Shown here in pieces: positions 26,126 to 46,300 of a DNA stretch of 64,000 nucleotides. The position numbers and the translations under genes are program-made. This DNA comes from the human T2T-CHM13v2.0 reference genome, Homo sapiens. A model generated the notes under the pieces. It was not told the DNA's origin. It was given only the letters and a program-made list of their open reading frames with translations, and did no database searches. The DNA is taken from the NCBI RefSeq assembly GCF_009914755.1, contig NC_060944.1. One strand, given 5' to 3'. The first letter of the stretch is position 1, and every line of letters begins with the position of its first letter.

Positions 26126-27501
26126 TATTTTTTCTTATGGCTTCAAGTTTCTGTTCAGTATCCTTTCATTTCAGCATGAAGGACTCCCTTTAGCATTTCT
26201 GGTAGGGCATGTCTACTAATAATGATCTCCTTCAATTTTATTTGGAAATGTCTGGATTTCTCTTTCATTTTTGAAGAATAGTTTTGCCATATACAGAAAT
26301 CTTGGTTTAGAGGTTTTTTTTTTTTCTTTTTTTCACGACTTTAGATATGTCATCTCACTGCCTTTGGGCTTCCAAGATTTTTGATGAGGAATCGGCTGTT
26401 AATCTTGTCAAAAATTCTGTGTGACGAGTTGCTTCTCTCTTGCTGCTTTCAAAATCCTGTCTTCAGGTTTTGACAATCCTAATATAACATGTCTTGGTGT
26501 GGATCTGAGTTCATCCTGCTTGGATTTTATTGAGCTTTTTGGATGTGTAGATTCATGTCTTTCATCAGATTTGGGAAATTTTCTATCATTATTTCTTTAA
26601 ATATTCTTTCTGTCCCTTTTCTTTTTCTGCGATTCCTATATGAGTATATGAGTATGAATATACTAATGAATATAATAACTATATGAATATATGAGTACAT
26701 TAGTATGCTTGATGATGTCTCACAGCTCTCTCAGGTTTTTTTTCCTAAATATTTTTTTTCTTTCTTCTCCTTTGGATAATTTCAATTATTTTCTCTTCAA
26801 ATTCACTGTTCTCTTCTTTTGCATGCCCAAATCTTTGTTGAATCCCTCTAGTGGGTTTTCCATTTCAGGGATTATACTTTTTAGCTCTAGAATTTGTTTG
26901 GTTCCTTTTTATAATTTCTATCTCTTTATTGATATTCTCATTTTGTTCATGCATGGTTTTCCTGATTTCCTTTAGTTCTTCGTCCATGTTTTCCTTTAGC
27001 TCGCTGAACATACTTAAGATAGTTGATTTAATGTCTTTGGGTAATAATTCCAATGTCTGGACTTCCTCAAGGATGGTGCCTGTCAATTTTTTTTCCTGTG
27101 AATGGACCATGGTTTTCTATTTCTTTTTATGTTTTGTAATTTTTTGTTGAGAACTGGACATTATGAGTATTACATTTTGGTAACTGAGAATCTAATTCTG
27201 TCATGCCTCAGAGATTGCTGATTTTTGCTTATTGAGGGCTGGAGCCAACTATTTGTGACTTTTCCAACTATTTTTGTGAAGTGTGTATTCTTTGCAGTAT
27301 GGGGTCAGTGAAGTTTCTGTTGTGATATCTCTGTGGTTAACCAGTGACCTAAGATTTCCTTAAATATCTGGCTTGCCAAAAGGAGGAATAAAGAAAAAAA
27401 AAAATAGGTACTGTCTCTTTAAATCCCCTTGTGGCTAGAAAGCTCCCTCTGCCCAAGGGCATTGAGACAATGATCAGCCTCTGCACTGGCCCCCTCAGTG
27501 A

Positions 27502-27837
<336 letters not shown>

Positions 27838-29885
27838 TGACTTTTGGAGGACAAAGTTGTTATTGCCTACCCTGGCACCAACAGTCTGCACCAGGAACAT
27901 TTTCCACAGTTGCCTGCTGCAGAGCTTGCGGATGCTGAAACAAAAAAAACCATCAAAATTTGTAAGCCTCTCCATCAAGCTCTTCCCTGGATGTTGCAAG
28001 TGTTCAACTAGACTTCTGAGTCCCAAAACAGTTGCTTGAGACAATTACTGCCAGCTCAACTGCTTTGGTGGAGGAAAAGATTCCTGGTGCTGCTACTGCC
28101 ATCTTCCATAACATCATTCTCCATGTCAGCTTTCGTAATCAACTTGTTCAAACATCCTCATCTCTCTTGAGCATGACACCCTGGCCTACTGGTATATTAC
28201 AAGAAGCACAGAGCTGGGTATAATATAAGGACCAACTTACAAACTTGGACAAAGACTTGTAGGAGAGACTACCTGCTCTGCATTATAAAAAAGTTAAACT
28301 AGCCATAAAAACCTGTTGTTCTGACTCCAGGGTGTGCCATCAGCTACTTTATAAAGCAGGCTGTGAGCTGTGGGCCCCAAAGGAGGGGAGTGTTTTGTTG
28401 TTGCCGTATTGAAAACATGGCTGGAGTTGGAGGAGGCTGTAAGGGAGCCAGTGGCCCTTGTACTCCTACCCTAAGTGCTGACCAGGGCTTTGGGCTCCAC
28501 CAGGTGTTTGCTCTCACTGTGGGCTTTGTGGAACTGGATTTTGCCTTAGTATGTTAATATGAGAAGAACAGGCTTTCTGCAAATGCTAAACAGATGGATG
28601 ACATGGTACTCCCCGCCCCCAACCCACCAAATTATGGGCCAAAAAGGAAGTCTCTTTTTCCTTAATTCAGTAAAGAAACAATAGCATAACTATGTTTCAA
28701 ACTGTTGTGTTCAAATGAATTTAAAATATTCAGAGAAAGAAAAAGAATTTTGTCCTTTTTAAGACATCCTAAGTAGAAAGCAACTGGGGTGGAGGAGCTG
28801 GGATTTGCCAGGCCAAAATAAACAAACAACAATGGTTGGCTATTGTATGGAAACAATGCAACACCATCCAGGAAATTCTGTGGGATTTCTGAGGGATAGG
28901 CCACTATGGTTGGCCCTGGGGATGAGGTACCAAACACAAGGCCCCACACTGAGGCAGCTCATGCCAAAGTCACCACGGAACCATCACATTGCCCAACACC
29001 ACAAATAGTGTCTCCTGTACCCCCTCCCACATTGCCAACTCAGCTAGCAATGCTGCCATTTTGGAACCCCCAATCCCTTCAGCTTCTACAATACTCCGCC
29101 CTCCTGGCTCTCACCTGAGCTTCTGGCTGCCCTCTGATGGGGTCTCTAATGAGAACACAAATGTCAAAGGGTAAGGAGGGAAGGGAGAGGCTGGGAACTC
29201 AGTGACCAGGAACCTAGAAAATCAACACGTAATAACATGACTTGTCTGTGGCTTCAAAACTATGTCTTAAATAAAAATAATCTTCTATGATACATTTTGC
29301 TTTCGAGTACGATCCAGAGAAACTGAGGAACAAAATTCAAGCTTTTGATTCCATGTATGTCAAAGAAGGAAGGTGATTTTCCATTATACTAAACATTTCT
29401 TCTACATCAGGCATAACCAGAGAAACACAAGACTTTCATCATCAGAAAAAAGCACATTATGTATCTAAGGACAATTAAAGGCTCTCTTTCCTTTTCATCA
29501 ATTTGAGCTGAATTTCAACTCATGTCCTGTTGCTGTCTCCTACCCAGTGGCTGTGGATCTGCCCGACTCAGAGGATGTTTTGACCTGTTCTCCTATTGCT
29601 AAGAAATGGCTAGAAAAGCTTGGACCCCTTTAGGGTCACCATGTTCCTTCCCCTGCGCAGGTTTTTAAAAACACATGAAACAAAAAACAGCTCTCAACCG
29701 TTTATCATATTATATTCCTATGGCTTCTGCTGCTAGTTGTCCTCTGAAGCAGCCAGGCGGTTAATGCTGCTGCCAGGCAGCCTTAGAGACAGCAGATGCC
29801 CCTGTGCAGTAAATTCAGTGCCCAACCATAAGTGCCTCCTCCCCTTACCCACACAGGATAGCCATGGCCCCTGTGGACTCCTTAC

Positions 29886-32745
29886 CGAGCTGACGTCCAG
29901 CCTGGGGACTCGATGTGTCAAAGGGCTCTGAGCTGGCCTCAGGGACACGGGGCTCCCACGACTCACTGTTCTCAGACACCTCTGAATAGGTGTCACCCAT
30001 CCCTTTGTGAACTGCTGTGAGCTCACCAGTACCAGGGCCCTGGTCCTCACTGCCTGTGTCTGCCACGGCTCTGGTCTCCTCCCCCATTTTCTCAGCAAAC
30101 CACTGCTTGACCTGCTGGGAGCTCATCTGGGTCTTGTCACAGAGGTTCTGCAGGTCCTCTTCATACAGCATCTTGTGTGTCATGTAATAGTCCTGCAGGA
30201 GCTCCCGGTTGCCAGGGGCAATGACCAGTAGCCCTGGTGGGAAGTTGCCTCGCTTATAGTCTTCGTACCATTTGAGTTGGCCGTTCTTCAGTGCGTACCT
30301 GCTATCTCCAAACCAGCGCACCACCTCTGGCCGTGGCAGACCCGTCTGGGCCATGATGGAGTCATAGTCCTGGTTGCTTGGCCACTGTGTCTGGACAAAG
30401 AGCTGCCGCAGCAAGTGCCGCTGCTGGGCAGTCTTTTTGCAGCTCACTTTGCCTGGGAGCTGCTCTGCCAGTTTGTTTGACTCATCATCCTCAGGGTCAC
30501 AGGCACCCAGCCCTGGAATCTCGTTCCTGCCATTGGCTTCAGTGACCCTCAGGTTCTTCAGGTTGATTTTAATGGGGCTGACTTTGCGCTCTGCCAAGAT
30601 ATGGCTGCTGGGCATTTCCAGAGAGCCATTTTCACCAGAGACCCTTAGCTCACTGGCCAAATCCTCTTCTCCACCCTCATCCTCAGCAGCCTCCTCTTCC
30701 TCCTGAGAGGCATTCTCCTCAGCCTTCTTGGTCTTCTCAGCATTCACTTTTTTCCGTCTCTCTGAAAACCAGCTATCAATTTCTCGTCGGGTCATTTTGG
30801 TTTCACTTCTCAGGCGGTCCAGTTCCTCATCAAGAGGAAGAGGGTTTTGTGCAAAACTGCTCTCCAGGGCTCTGAGCTGCTCAGGGGCTCTCTCCTTGTA
30901 TTTGGTTGGTGTGAAGTCAGGAGTCTGGTGCCAAGATTGTCGTTTGGCAGAAGGGTGGGTTGCTAGTGTGGCTGTTGTCGGAATGCAGGTTACCTCAGGG
31001 ACCTTGGACGATGGGGAGAAGGACACCTCTGGCACAGAGTCAATGATGATGGAACTGTGATCTCCAGGTATCATCGCTCTGGAGCCCTTCAAGTTCCGGC
31101 AGTGGTATCTACGATCACTGAACCATTTCCGCACCTCTCTGGTACTGAGGCCCGTCACTTTTGTGAGATGTTCAACTTCGCTCTGCCCTGGGAACTGGTT
31201 CCGACAGAAGCTCCCTTTCAGAGCTGACAGCTGTTCATGAGATTTCTTATTTTTGTAGATGCTAGCATCAAGGAAGGCTTGGGAGGTTATGCTGGGGCAG
31301 GCCGTGAGGAGCGACTGGGCCGCATTGACCACCTTCACAGCTGACGTTGTATTTGAACACACAGTGTTAATGGGTGCCACACCTGGCTGCTTGGGGACGG
31401 ATGTCACCGTGAGGGGGAGAGGGGAACTTGTTGCTTGCAACCCATTGGCCATCAATGGCTGAGTGACCAGAAGTCCCCCTCCTGTACCCTCTGGCTGCCC
31501 CACAACGTGACCTGGAAGAGCGGCCTGGATGAGATGCTGGACATTGCCAGCACTGGCGACGAGTGGGGTATTTAGAACCGTAATTGTGGGCTGAGGCACA
31601 GACTGGATGACTGTATTGAACATCTTTTTCCGGGCATCCTCAATCTCCTCAGGGGACCAGCTGATCCCCTGCTTCAGCCTTTGGGCTGTGAACCAGATCT
31701 TGAGCTGTTCTTCTGGATACTTGGTCACCACAGTCAAATAGCAGAGCTCGGCTTTGGTGGGGTAGGGGAACTTGTGGAAGGAGTTCTTCAGGAAGCTGTT
31801 AGAGTCCATGGCTGCATTGTACGTTGGAATGCTGCTCAGGGGGATCATCACTTTGGGAAGGGCCTTGGCCGTGGGCAGTGGCTGGTGGACATGGTGTTGG
31901 GCATGCACTGGGGGCTGCTGCTGGAGGGAGAGGAACTGTGCTATGCCAGCTGGCAAAACTGGCACTGTTCCTATCAGGGGCCCGTTGGCGGCATGGGGGT
32001 TTTTTGCAGAGCTGGCAGATGCCTGGCTGACTGGAACTGCCCCATTGATGAAGGAATGGTCCCCCTCTCTCACCTCCATTTCTCCAGTCGACAGCTTTGG
32101 TAAGGCCTCACCCACAGGCTGGCTAGGGACATTCTCCTTGAGTGTATGAATTTTTTTGGCTTCAGCTTTGCCTTTCATTATCTTCATGATTGGAGTTTTG
32201 GTAATGATGATTTCTGCCTGTCCATCAGCCCCTTCAGCACTGGGCTCACCCGCTAGGTCAGGAGTGCTGGTGCTCTCAGGGATGCTCTGCTCCACAACCA
32301 CATGATTGTCTGGCTTGGCCACGTTCCACACAAAGCTGGCTTCCCCGGAGTGACATGTGGCATTGTGCAAGGAAAGCCCCTCAGGGGTTTTTGCCAGAAA
32401 ACTGCACCCACTGCATACAAAGGTTGGGTCTTTATTAAAGTCTGTGTGCTCTGAGTTCATATGTCCCACAAATTGGGTCATGTCATGGGATCTGAAATCG
32501 CAGTATTTACAGGAATATAAATAGCCATCTAAAGTGCTCCGATGCCCATTGGCCAGTGTAGAGCCATCAGTACTGCTGGGGTTCTGTGCTGCCTCACTGC
32601 TGGCAGCAGATGCTTCTGGGGGCAGATCCTGCTGGGGTCCTTCAGGCAAGGTCTCAGCGGGCTGGGCCTCCATGCTGGCATCTTGCAACACCACAGTCTT
32701 CACTGGGATCATGCATGGTGTGGTGGATTTCCTCTTGCTGGCCAT
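29886..32745 (-). CDS. ZHX3: ZHX3 main coding exon: two C2H2 zinc fingers plus five homeodomains (MASKRKSTTPCMIP...QAGRQL)
   Basis: ATG at 32745 in accATGG context; ZHX-family N-terminus; CKYC...H...H and CSGC...H...H fingers; WF-containing homeodomain helices; donor CG|gtaagg at 29885. Confidence 0.98.
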
Positions 32746-32895
32746 GGTGACAATCACTGGGTGATCAGCAGTTGAGAGCTTGTCCCATAAGGGGCCTAAC
32801 AATACAAGTTCCAGCTTCTCGATGAGGGCCAAAGAAACAGTTTCTAAATGCAGCTTTTTCAGTTGTTTGCAGAAAGCAGGTTTTCCCTATTCAAT
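32746..32895 (-). other. ZHX3: ZHX3 5' UTR part of the 3010-nt exon
   Basis: Strong acceptor tttttttctccctttccttag| at 32896-32897. Confidence 0.9.
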
Positions 32896-33647
32896 CTAAG
32901 GAAAGGGAGAAAAAAATGATTAAGTTCTCTTAAGTGCTTTCTGTATATTTCTCGGATACCCAGACACATTCCACTGCTTGCCTTCTACCATCTAGGTCTT
33001 TTCACAGTAAGTTTAATCAGCAACTTGGATATGAAGTCTAAGTTAGGAACCCCCTAATGACAAAAACTGGACCCTGAAGAATGACCTGGGGATGGTCCAA
33101 TACCAACTGATAGACTTAAGCAACGTATTTTTGTTTCTTCCCCACCACCCCCTACATATCCCTGCATTAAGTAATTCAGATTAAAAAACAAAACGCCCTC
33201 TTTTTGGACCTCCAAATTAATTCTGACCATGTCAGAGTGAGAACAAAAGATCCTAGTGTAATTCTTGTTTACATTTTGGACCAACACGCGGTTTTCTTTT
33301 CATAGCCTTCCCGCATATGAGAACAAGATGACGCCTCTGTCTGTCCCAAGCCAGGCCCAGGGACCAAGTTAGCTGCAGTGTGTGAACGGAAGGGGTGGGG
33401 TGGGCGGGGGTGGCTAGGAAGACCGGCTGCTGTAAGAGCCAGGCCTCTGTAGCCTTTCCTTGCCTGCCGCACTTATTCCAGGCCACAGAAAAGCGATCAC
33501 CTTACAGTTACTGGCTGTTATGTATCCCGGACCACTGTTACTGAGATGAAACCAAAGGTCAGAGGGTCAGGGAATCCACAGAACCAGTTTGTGGCCCAGC
33601 AAGCTATACATTTTCTGTGTACGACCACTCAAAGGGTGGTCTCACCT

Positions 33648-38678
<5,031 letters not shown>

Positions 38679-39834
38679 ATTATAAGTAATCTTCACATAT
38701 GCTTTTAAGTATTTTTTTAAAAGAAAGGAAAGAAGAAAGAAGAGGAAACCAGAAACAAATAATCATTACACTATCCAGACATTACATAACATCCCTTACC
38801 TGTGAATTTAGATGTATTGAACTTTTAATAAAATAGATTGACTTCACACTTTTAAAATGCTAAGAAAGAAAACAGCTAAGGCAGAAAACTAACCTGAAAA
38901 CAAAACCAATGGTTTTATATATAAAAGACCGAAATTAAACAGTTGATAACTCAAAAAGAAATAATAATAATAATTGTTTCACAGGATGCCATGAGAAAAG
39001 GGATTCTGTGAGCCCTATTACTAATATAGAATGATAATCATCATTATTACTTTTCGTTTTAGCAAATCATAATGCTCTAATGACTAAAACAATAGTAATT
39101 CTAATACTAAAATCAAGTTATCAGTATTTGGATTTGATACAAAGATGTAAAGAAAATTAAAATATCTCTATTCAAATTCTCAGTAAATAAACACGGCTAT
39201 TTTATGATGAAAATAATTTTTAAAACTTTGAAGGTGAGGGTAAACATAAACCCACTCTAACAACTTCTCACCCCTTCCCCCACCAATTTGAACTGGCATG
39301 CACACTTTTTTACTTAATTTTTAATTATAAAGATAAAATGTAATTTAAATAAATTTAATGTCTATAATTTGGTATACCTTCTCATTTAGTCCAGATATTT
39401 TATTCATATTTTTATCACAATGAGCACACATTTGTGCTTTTTTCACCAAACATTACGTTATAAACCTTTTTGTTACACAAGCTTCATAAGTTTAACATTT
39501 AATAGCTACCTAATAATGTACCACAATGAATTTGACTTATCCACCCCTGCTGTTGAAAAGCATGCCAATCTCATGGGTGACAGTGAAACAAACATCTCTG
39601 GGCATACAGGATGTTTTTCTTCTATCAAATTATTTCCTGAGGTTAAGTGCACAGGAATGGGCTTACCATCTCAAAGAGCATCAACATTTCTAAGCTCCTT
39701 TGTATATATCATTGGCAAACATTTTAAATCAAGTGCTTTATGATCCCAAATCAGGGAAACTAAAAATAATACAGTTATGGACCCAGTGAGCAAATCAGAT
39801 TTTCAGACAAGTTATGGAAGACATCAAGTAGAAT

Positions 39835-41135
<1,301 letters not shown>

Positions 41136-41639
41136 AGGAAGGACATCGAAACCAAGAAAGGTAGAGGACAGTAAATTATAGCACTCAGTTCTATAGAAGA
41201 GGGTCAGCATTTACATTTCTAAGGTTTCAATATAGGTGACACAGTTCTGTGCTACTTCCTGACTCACCTTGGTAATATTTACTGTGGCCCTAGAGAAGCT
41301 GAATGGCAGTGCCTGTGAACATCAGGTTTGCCAGAGGAGAGGGAAGAGAGATGCAGACCTACTACCTGGAAGTAGCAACAACACAAAGGAAAAAGAGCAT
41401 GAGCACACCAGAAGGCCAGGCAGCAGAACTCAGGAGAAGCTAACTGCAGAGCCCTAGCAACACAACACAAGCACTCCAGGCACAGGGCCAGAACTGCTAT
41501 TTGTAATGGGGACTGGGATTCACTGAGGAAAAGGTATATAGTGTTCCTGGTATTTTACTTACTAAGGCTGAGAAGTGGACAACATGAAGATGGATTTGAT
41601 TTTTGGCAATAGTCCCAATGTCATTCAAAATTAAGTCTT

Positions 41640-41917
41640 GGCCAGGCACAGCAGCTCACGTCTGTAATCCCAGCACTTTGGGAAGCCAAGGTAGGAAGAT
41701 CATTTGAGGCCAGGAGTTCGGGATTAGCCTGGGCAACATAGAAATTGTAAAAAATTAGTCAGGAACAATGGTGTGTGCCTGTAGTCTCAGCTACTCAGGA
41801 GGCTGAGGTGGGAGGATCACCTGAGCCCAAGAGTTCAGAGTTACAGTAAGCAAGGATCATGCCACTGCACTCCAGCCAGGATGACAGAGCATGACCTTGT
41901 CTCTTAAAAAAAGAAAA
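41640..41917 (+). mobile_element. AluJ
   Basis: Alu dimer; TSD aaaattaagtct. Confidence 0.93.
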
Positions 41918-42059
41918 ATTAAGTCTCAAATTAGCCCTAAATTATCATTCGAATAAATGACTAAGAAGGGTACCACTGCTAACCATGTTCTGGGTAGATG
42001 GACCATTGACTATAAGCAATTACAAAAAAGCAGTAGTGGCAGCAGTGGCAGCCACAGCC

Positions 42060-42290
42060 AGTGTTTACTGAGTGTTTCATATTGTTGGAAGTGCTTTTAT
42101 ACACATCCCCTCATTTCACTCATAATAAACCCAAGAAAAGGCACTATAATTATTCTCATTTTACAGACAAGAAGGACAAGGCTCAGAAAAGTGCAGTGAC
42201 TGCCTGGAGCGCACACAACTGGGAGACGACAGAAGCTGAATAAGAACCCAAGCAGTCTCGCTCCAGAGCCTGCAACTTCAACCACTCCAC
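42060..42290 (-). mobile_element. MIR SINE
   Basis: Core ctcattttacagac..gaaggacaaggctcaga and gaacccaagcagtct..ctccagagcc. Confidence 0.8.
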
Positions 42291-42802
42291 ACAGTGAGCT
42301 CTCTGAGAAACCTCCAGATTGTTGCAATAAGGGCTACAGACCTCTTGAAGTAATATTTTCCTCCAGCATTTATTAAGAAAAAGTTCAAACAAATGGCAAA
42401 GTTGAAAGAGATTGACAGTGAACACCCATATCCCCACCACCTGGATGCTTACTAAGGTGGCTGTTTTTAGCAACATTACCCATTTAGGTAAGCTTGGGTT
42501 TATTTGTTATGTATTTTTAAAGGGGTTAAAAATGGTGCTTAAACAGCAAAGTTCTAATTATCTAGAAAATCATTCATCCAAAAGACACTCATGGAGCATG
42601 TCTGATAAATGAGGCACTACCATGTGGAAACATGCTATTGTCTAAGTCAAGCCCTAGTGAAGTGAGCTGATAGAAATGTAAGGTGCGGCCAAAAGAGATT
42701 CAGAAGGAAAGGCCAGGTGATGTTTGCATTTTGTCATTTTTGTACAATCCTTTACATGCCCCATCTTGAAACCTTCTGCCTTGTAAATGGATCTTTAAAT
42801 GG

Positions 42803-43195
<393 letters not shown>

Positions 43196-43481
43196 TCACT
43201 AAATTAGCAAAGCTATAGTTAATAGCCACTATATTTCAGCACTGCAGTATACATATGTGAGTTTTTTAGATAAAAATCTTAAAGTGTTTATCTTTAAATT
43301 ATAGACTGAATTAGGAACTTTAAAAAATTCTGAGGAATGAATTGGAAGAACAGTAAGAATTCAATGAAGGAATTCAAATACTTAGAAAGTAACTCTTGAC
43401 AGACTCTTCCAAGCGTTATGATAGTCAGCCTGCAGCCCTCTTGAACATATCACCCAGTATTTATCATTAAAAACGGAAATA

Positions 43482-43792
43482 GGCCAGGCGCGGTGGCTCA
43501 CGCCTGTAATCCCAGCACTTTGGGAGGCCAAGGAGGGTGGATCACAAGGTCAGGAGATCGAGACCATCCTGGCTAACACGGTGAAACCACGTCTCTACTA
43601 AAAAAAAAAAAAAAAAAAAAATACAAAAAAATTAGCTGGGCATTATGGCGGGAGCCTGTAGTCCCAGCCACTCAGGAGGCTGAGGCAGGAGAATGGAGTG
43701 AACCCAGGAGGCGGAGCTTGCAGTGAGCAGAGATGGCGCCACTGCACTCCAGCCTGGGCGACAGAGCGAGACTGTCCAAAAAAAAAAAAAAA
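43482..43792 (+). mobile_element. AluY with expanded middle A tract
   Basis: Y diagnostics ggctaacacgg and ggagcttgcag; TSD ggaaata. Confidence 0.94.
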
Positions 43793-43799
43793 GGAAATA

Positions 43800-45245
43800 A
43801 TGGTAGAAGTTGACAGAATTACAGAAACATAACTATAGTGGGAGATTTTAAGATAATATTCTAAAGATCAAGTGGACAAAGAAAAAAGATGTAAAGAATG
43901 TGACTACTATGAGGTTGATCTGACAGACATGAATATAGTCTTGAGTATTCTATAGTAATTGACTTCACATTCTACACCATGAAACACATTTAAAAGTTAC
44001 TCGTGATGTATAACAGACCATAAATAAACCTCAACCCATTCCAAAATAAAAATTCATAGGTAGCATTCCACTATTTAGTGCTAGCAACAAAGACTTACTT
44101 TGAAATTTATCCTTTTTACTTTGTTTCAAATTATGCTCTAAGTGGAAATTTCTCTCTCGGAAAGAAAGAAAAGTGAAAATCCTTCCTATTCACCCCCAGA
44201 GATAAACCATTGTTAACAGTGCAGTATATATGATTTCAGGCATGTTTCCTAGGCATAGCTTACTATAATTAATTCTTTTAAAAAACCAAAAATGGAATTG
44301 TATTTTTACATCCTATTTTGACCCTGAGTTTTCGTCTCACAATTATTTAATTTCAATATCTTTCCATGTCACCATCTCTAGTTTACCTCAGTCTTTTAAA
44401 CAACTTCAGCATTCTAGGTTATGGATGCATCATAGTTTATTTAACCATTCTCCTGATAAGAGACATTTGCATTTCTCCAGGTTTTTAACTATTACAATGA
44501 CTCGGTGACCATCCCTGCACATATTTTTATACATTTGAGAATTTCTGAAATACTGAATTTCTTACAAGTAAAATTGCAGTAGCATTTAAAATATTGTTAG
44601 CAAAATACAAAATTGTCTTTCAAGTAAACTGTACTGATTTTCGCTGTTACCACCAAAGAACTGAGGATGCACTCACTATCACTGCATATTCTTGCTATTT
44701 TCAGTCTTTGTTAATTTGATATATAAAACACTAATTACTAGTATTTGGAATCTACATTTCTTTATGAGCAAGGCTGAATATCTTTTCACATGTCATTGAC
44801 GATTTTGTATAAAATTATCTTTTGTCCATTTTCCTATGGGATGTCAAGTGTTCTCCATATATTAAGAAAATGGGCTATTCTTTACCTGTCATAGATGAAA
44901 CTGGGGTTTCATCTCCATTTTTTGGAGCCCATCTACCACAGGAGGCAGTAAATGACATTAAAGAATTACTGTTAATGTTGCTATGTATGATAATGGTATT
45001 TCAGTTATGTTACAAACAAAAGTCTTAATCAGTTGGTGATGCACACTCGAATATTTATGGGTAAAATAATTTGTTATATAGGATTTACTGGGAGGAAAAA
45101 CCCAACCCCCTAGAAAAAAATGAGGGATGGGTAGAAATACATGAAATAAATTTGACCATGAACTTATAATTGTTCAAGTTGGGTTGGGATATATATGGCT
45201 CATATATATGCTCTTATGTACATTTGACATTTTCATAATTAAAAA
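43800..45245. mobile_element. Cluster of highly diverged L1M (ME/MC-like) fragments in mixed orientation
   Basis: Degenerate L1 endonuclease-region and 3' UTR motifs. Confidence 0.55.
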
Positions 45246-45845
45246 AAAATTAAAAGCTCGAGACATATTTTAAAAAGAAATCTTGTATCATAAATGAAGC
45301 TTAAATTTATATTTTTAAAAAACATTCTGTTTTAAATGTTTCTCTCTTCCCTTCCTTTGGAAAATGCTGACCTTGGAAACAAAAATCAGATGCAGCCACC
45401 CACCCTACTGCTGCCCAAGCCAATCCTAAGTAAATCAGTTGGCTTGCTGGGAAGTTTCCATGACCGAAAAGAAAACAGAATTCACTTCAATTTCATCATC
45501 AAAGTCCACGAAAGCTTGCAAAGCACTTCCATATCCTTCTCAATCCATCCTCATAGTCTCCTGAATTGGTTATTATTGGCCTTCCCTCATTGTAGTATTG
45601 AGGAGCTATCGAGCAAGAAAGGGGAGGTGATATGACCAGTCACACACGACATATTTTTGGCAGAGCCAGATATTCTGATTCTAAATTCAGTGTTCTCTTT
45701 TAGACTATATTCATTCTGAATACCAACTAAACAATACATCCACTACCTGTAACTATTTTGACATTTTTTTCTTACAGAGGGTTCGAAGATTTTACAACCT
45801 GAACTATTCTAGTGTTTTGTTTTGTTCTTTAAAAAGGCTTGACAA

Positions 45846-46300
45846 TGTAGTCCTAGCTACTTGGGAGGCTGAGATGGGAGGATCTCATGAGCCCAGGAGT
45901 TTGAGGCTGAAGTGAGAGCTATGGTTCCGTCATTGCATTCCAGTAATGTGGGCAACAGAGCAAGACCCTGTCTCCTAAAAATGAAAAAAGAGGCTGGACC
46001 AGTGGCTCATACCTGCAATCCCAGCACTTTGGGAGGCCAAGGAGACAGGATTGCCTGAGCCCAGGAGTTTGAGAACAGCCTGGGCAACATAAGGAGACTC
46101 CGTCTCTACAAAAAATTTAAAAAATAGCTGGCATGGTGACACGCATGCTTGTAGTCACAGCTAATTGGGAAGCTGAGGCGGATGACTGCTTAAGCCTGGG
46201 AGGTCGTAGCTGCAGTGAGTTGGGATTATGCTACTGCACTTTAGCCTGGGCAACAGAGCAAGACCCTGTCTCTAAATAAATAAATAAATAAATAAATAAA
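45846..46300 (+). mobile_element. Alu right-arm fragment (45846-45990) followed by a full AluJ (45992-46300)
   Basis: Both bracketed by the direct repeat aaaaaggcttgaca. Confidence 0.9.

Noticed and set aside
29845-32832. 995-aa ORF as the literal ZHX3 protein
   Set aside because: The track starts at an upstream TTG and runs past the splice donor; the spliced product is 956 aa from ATG 32745
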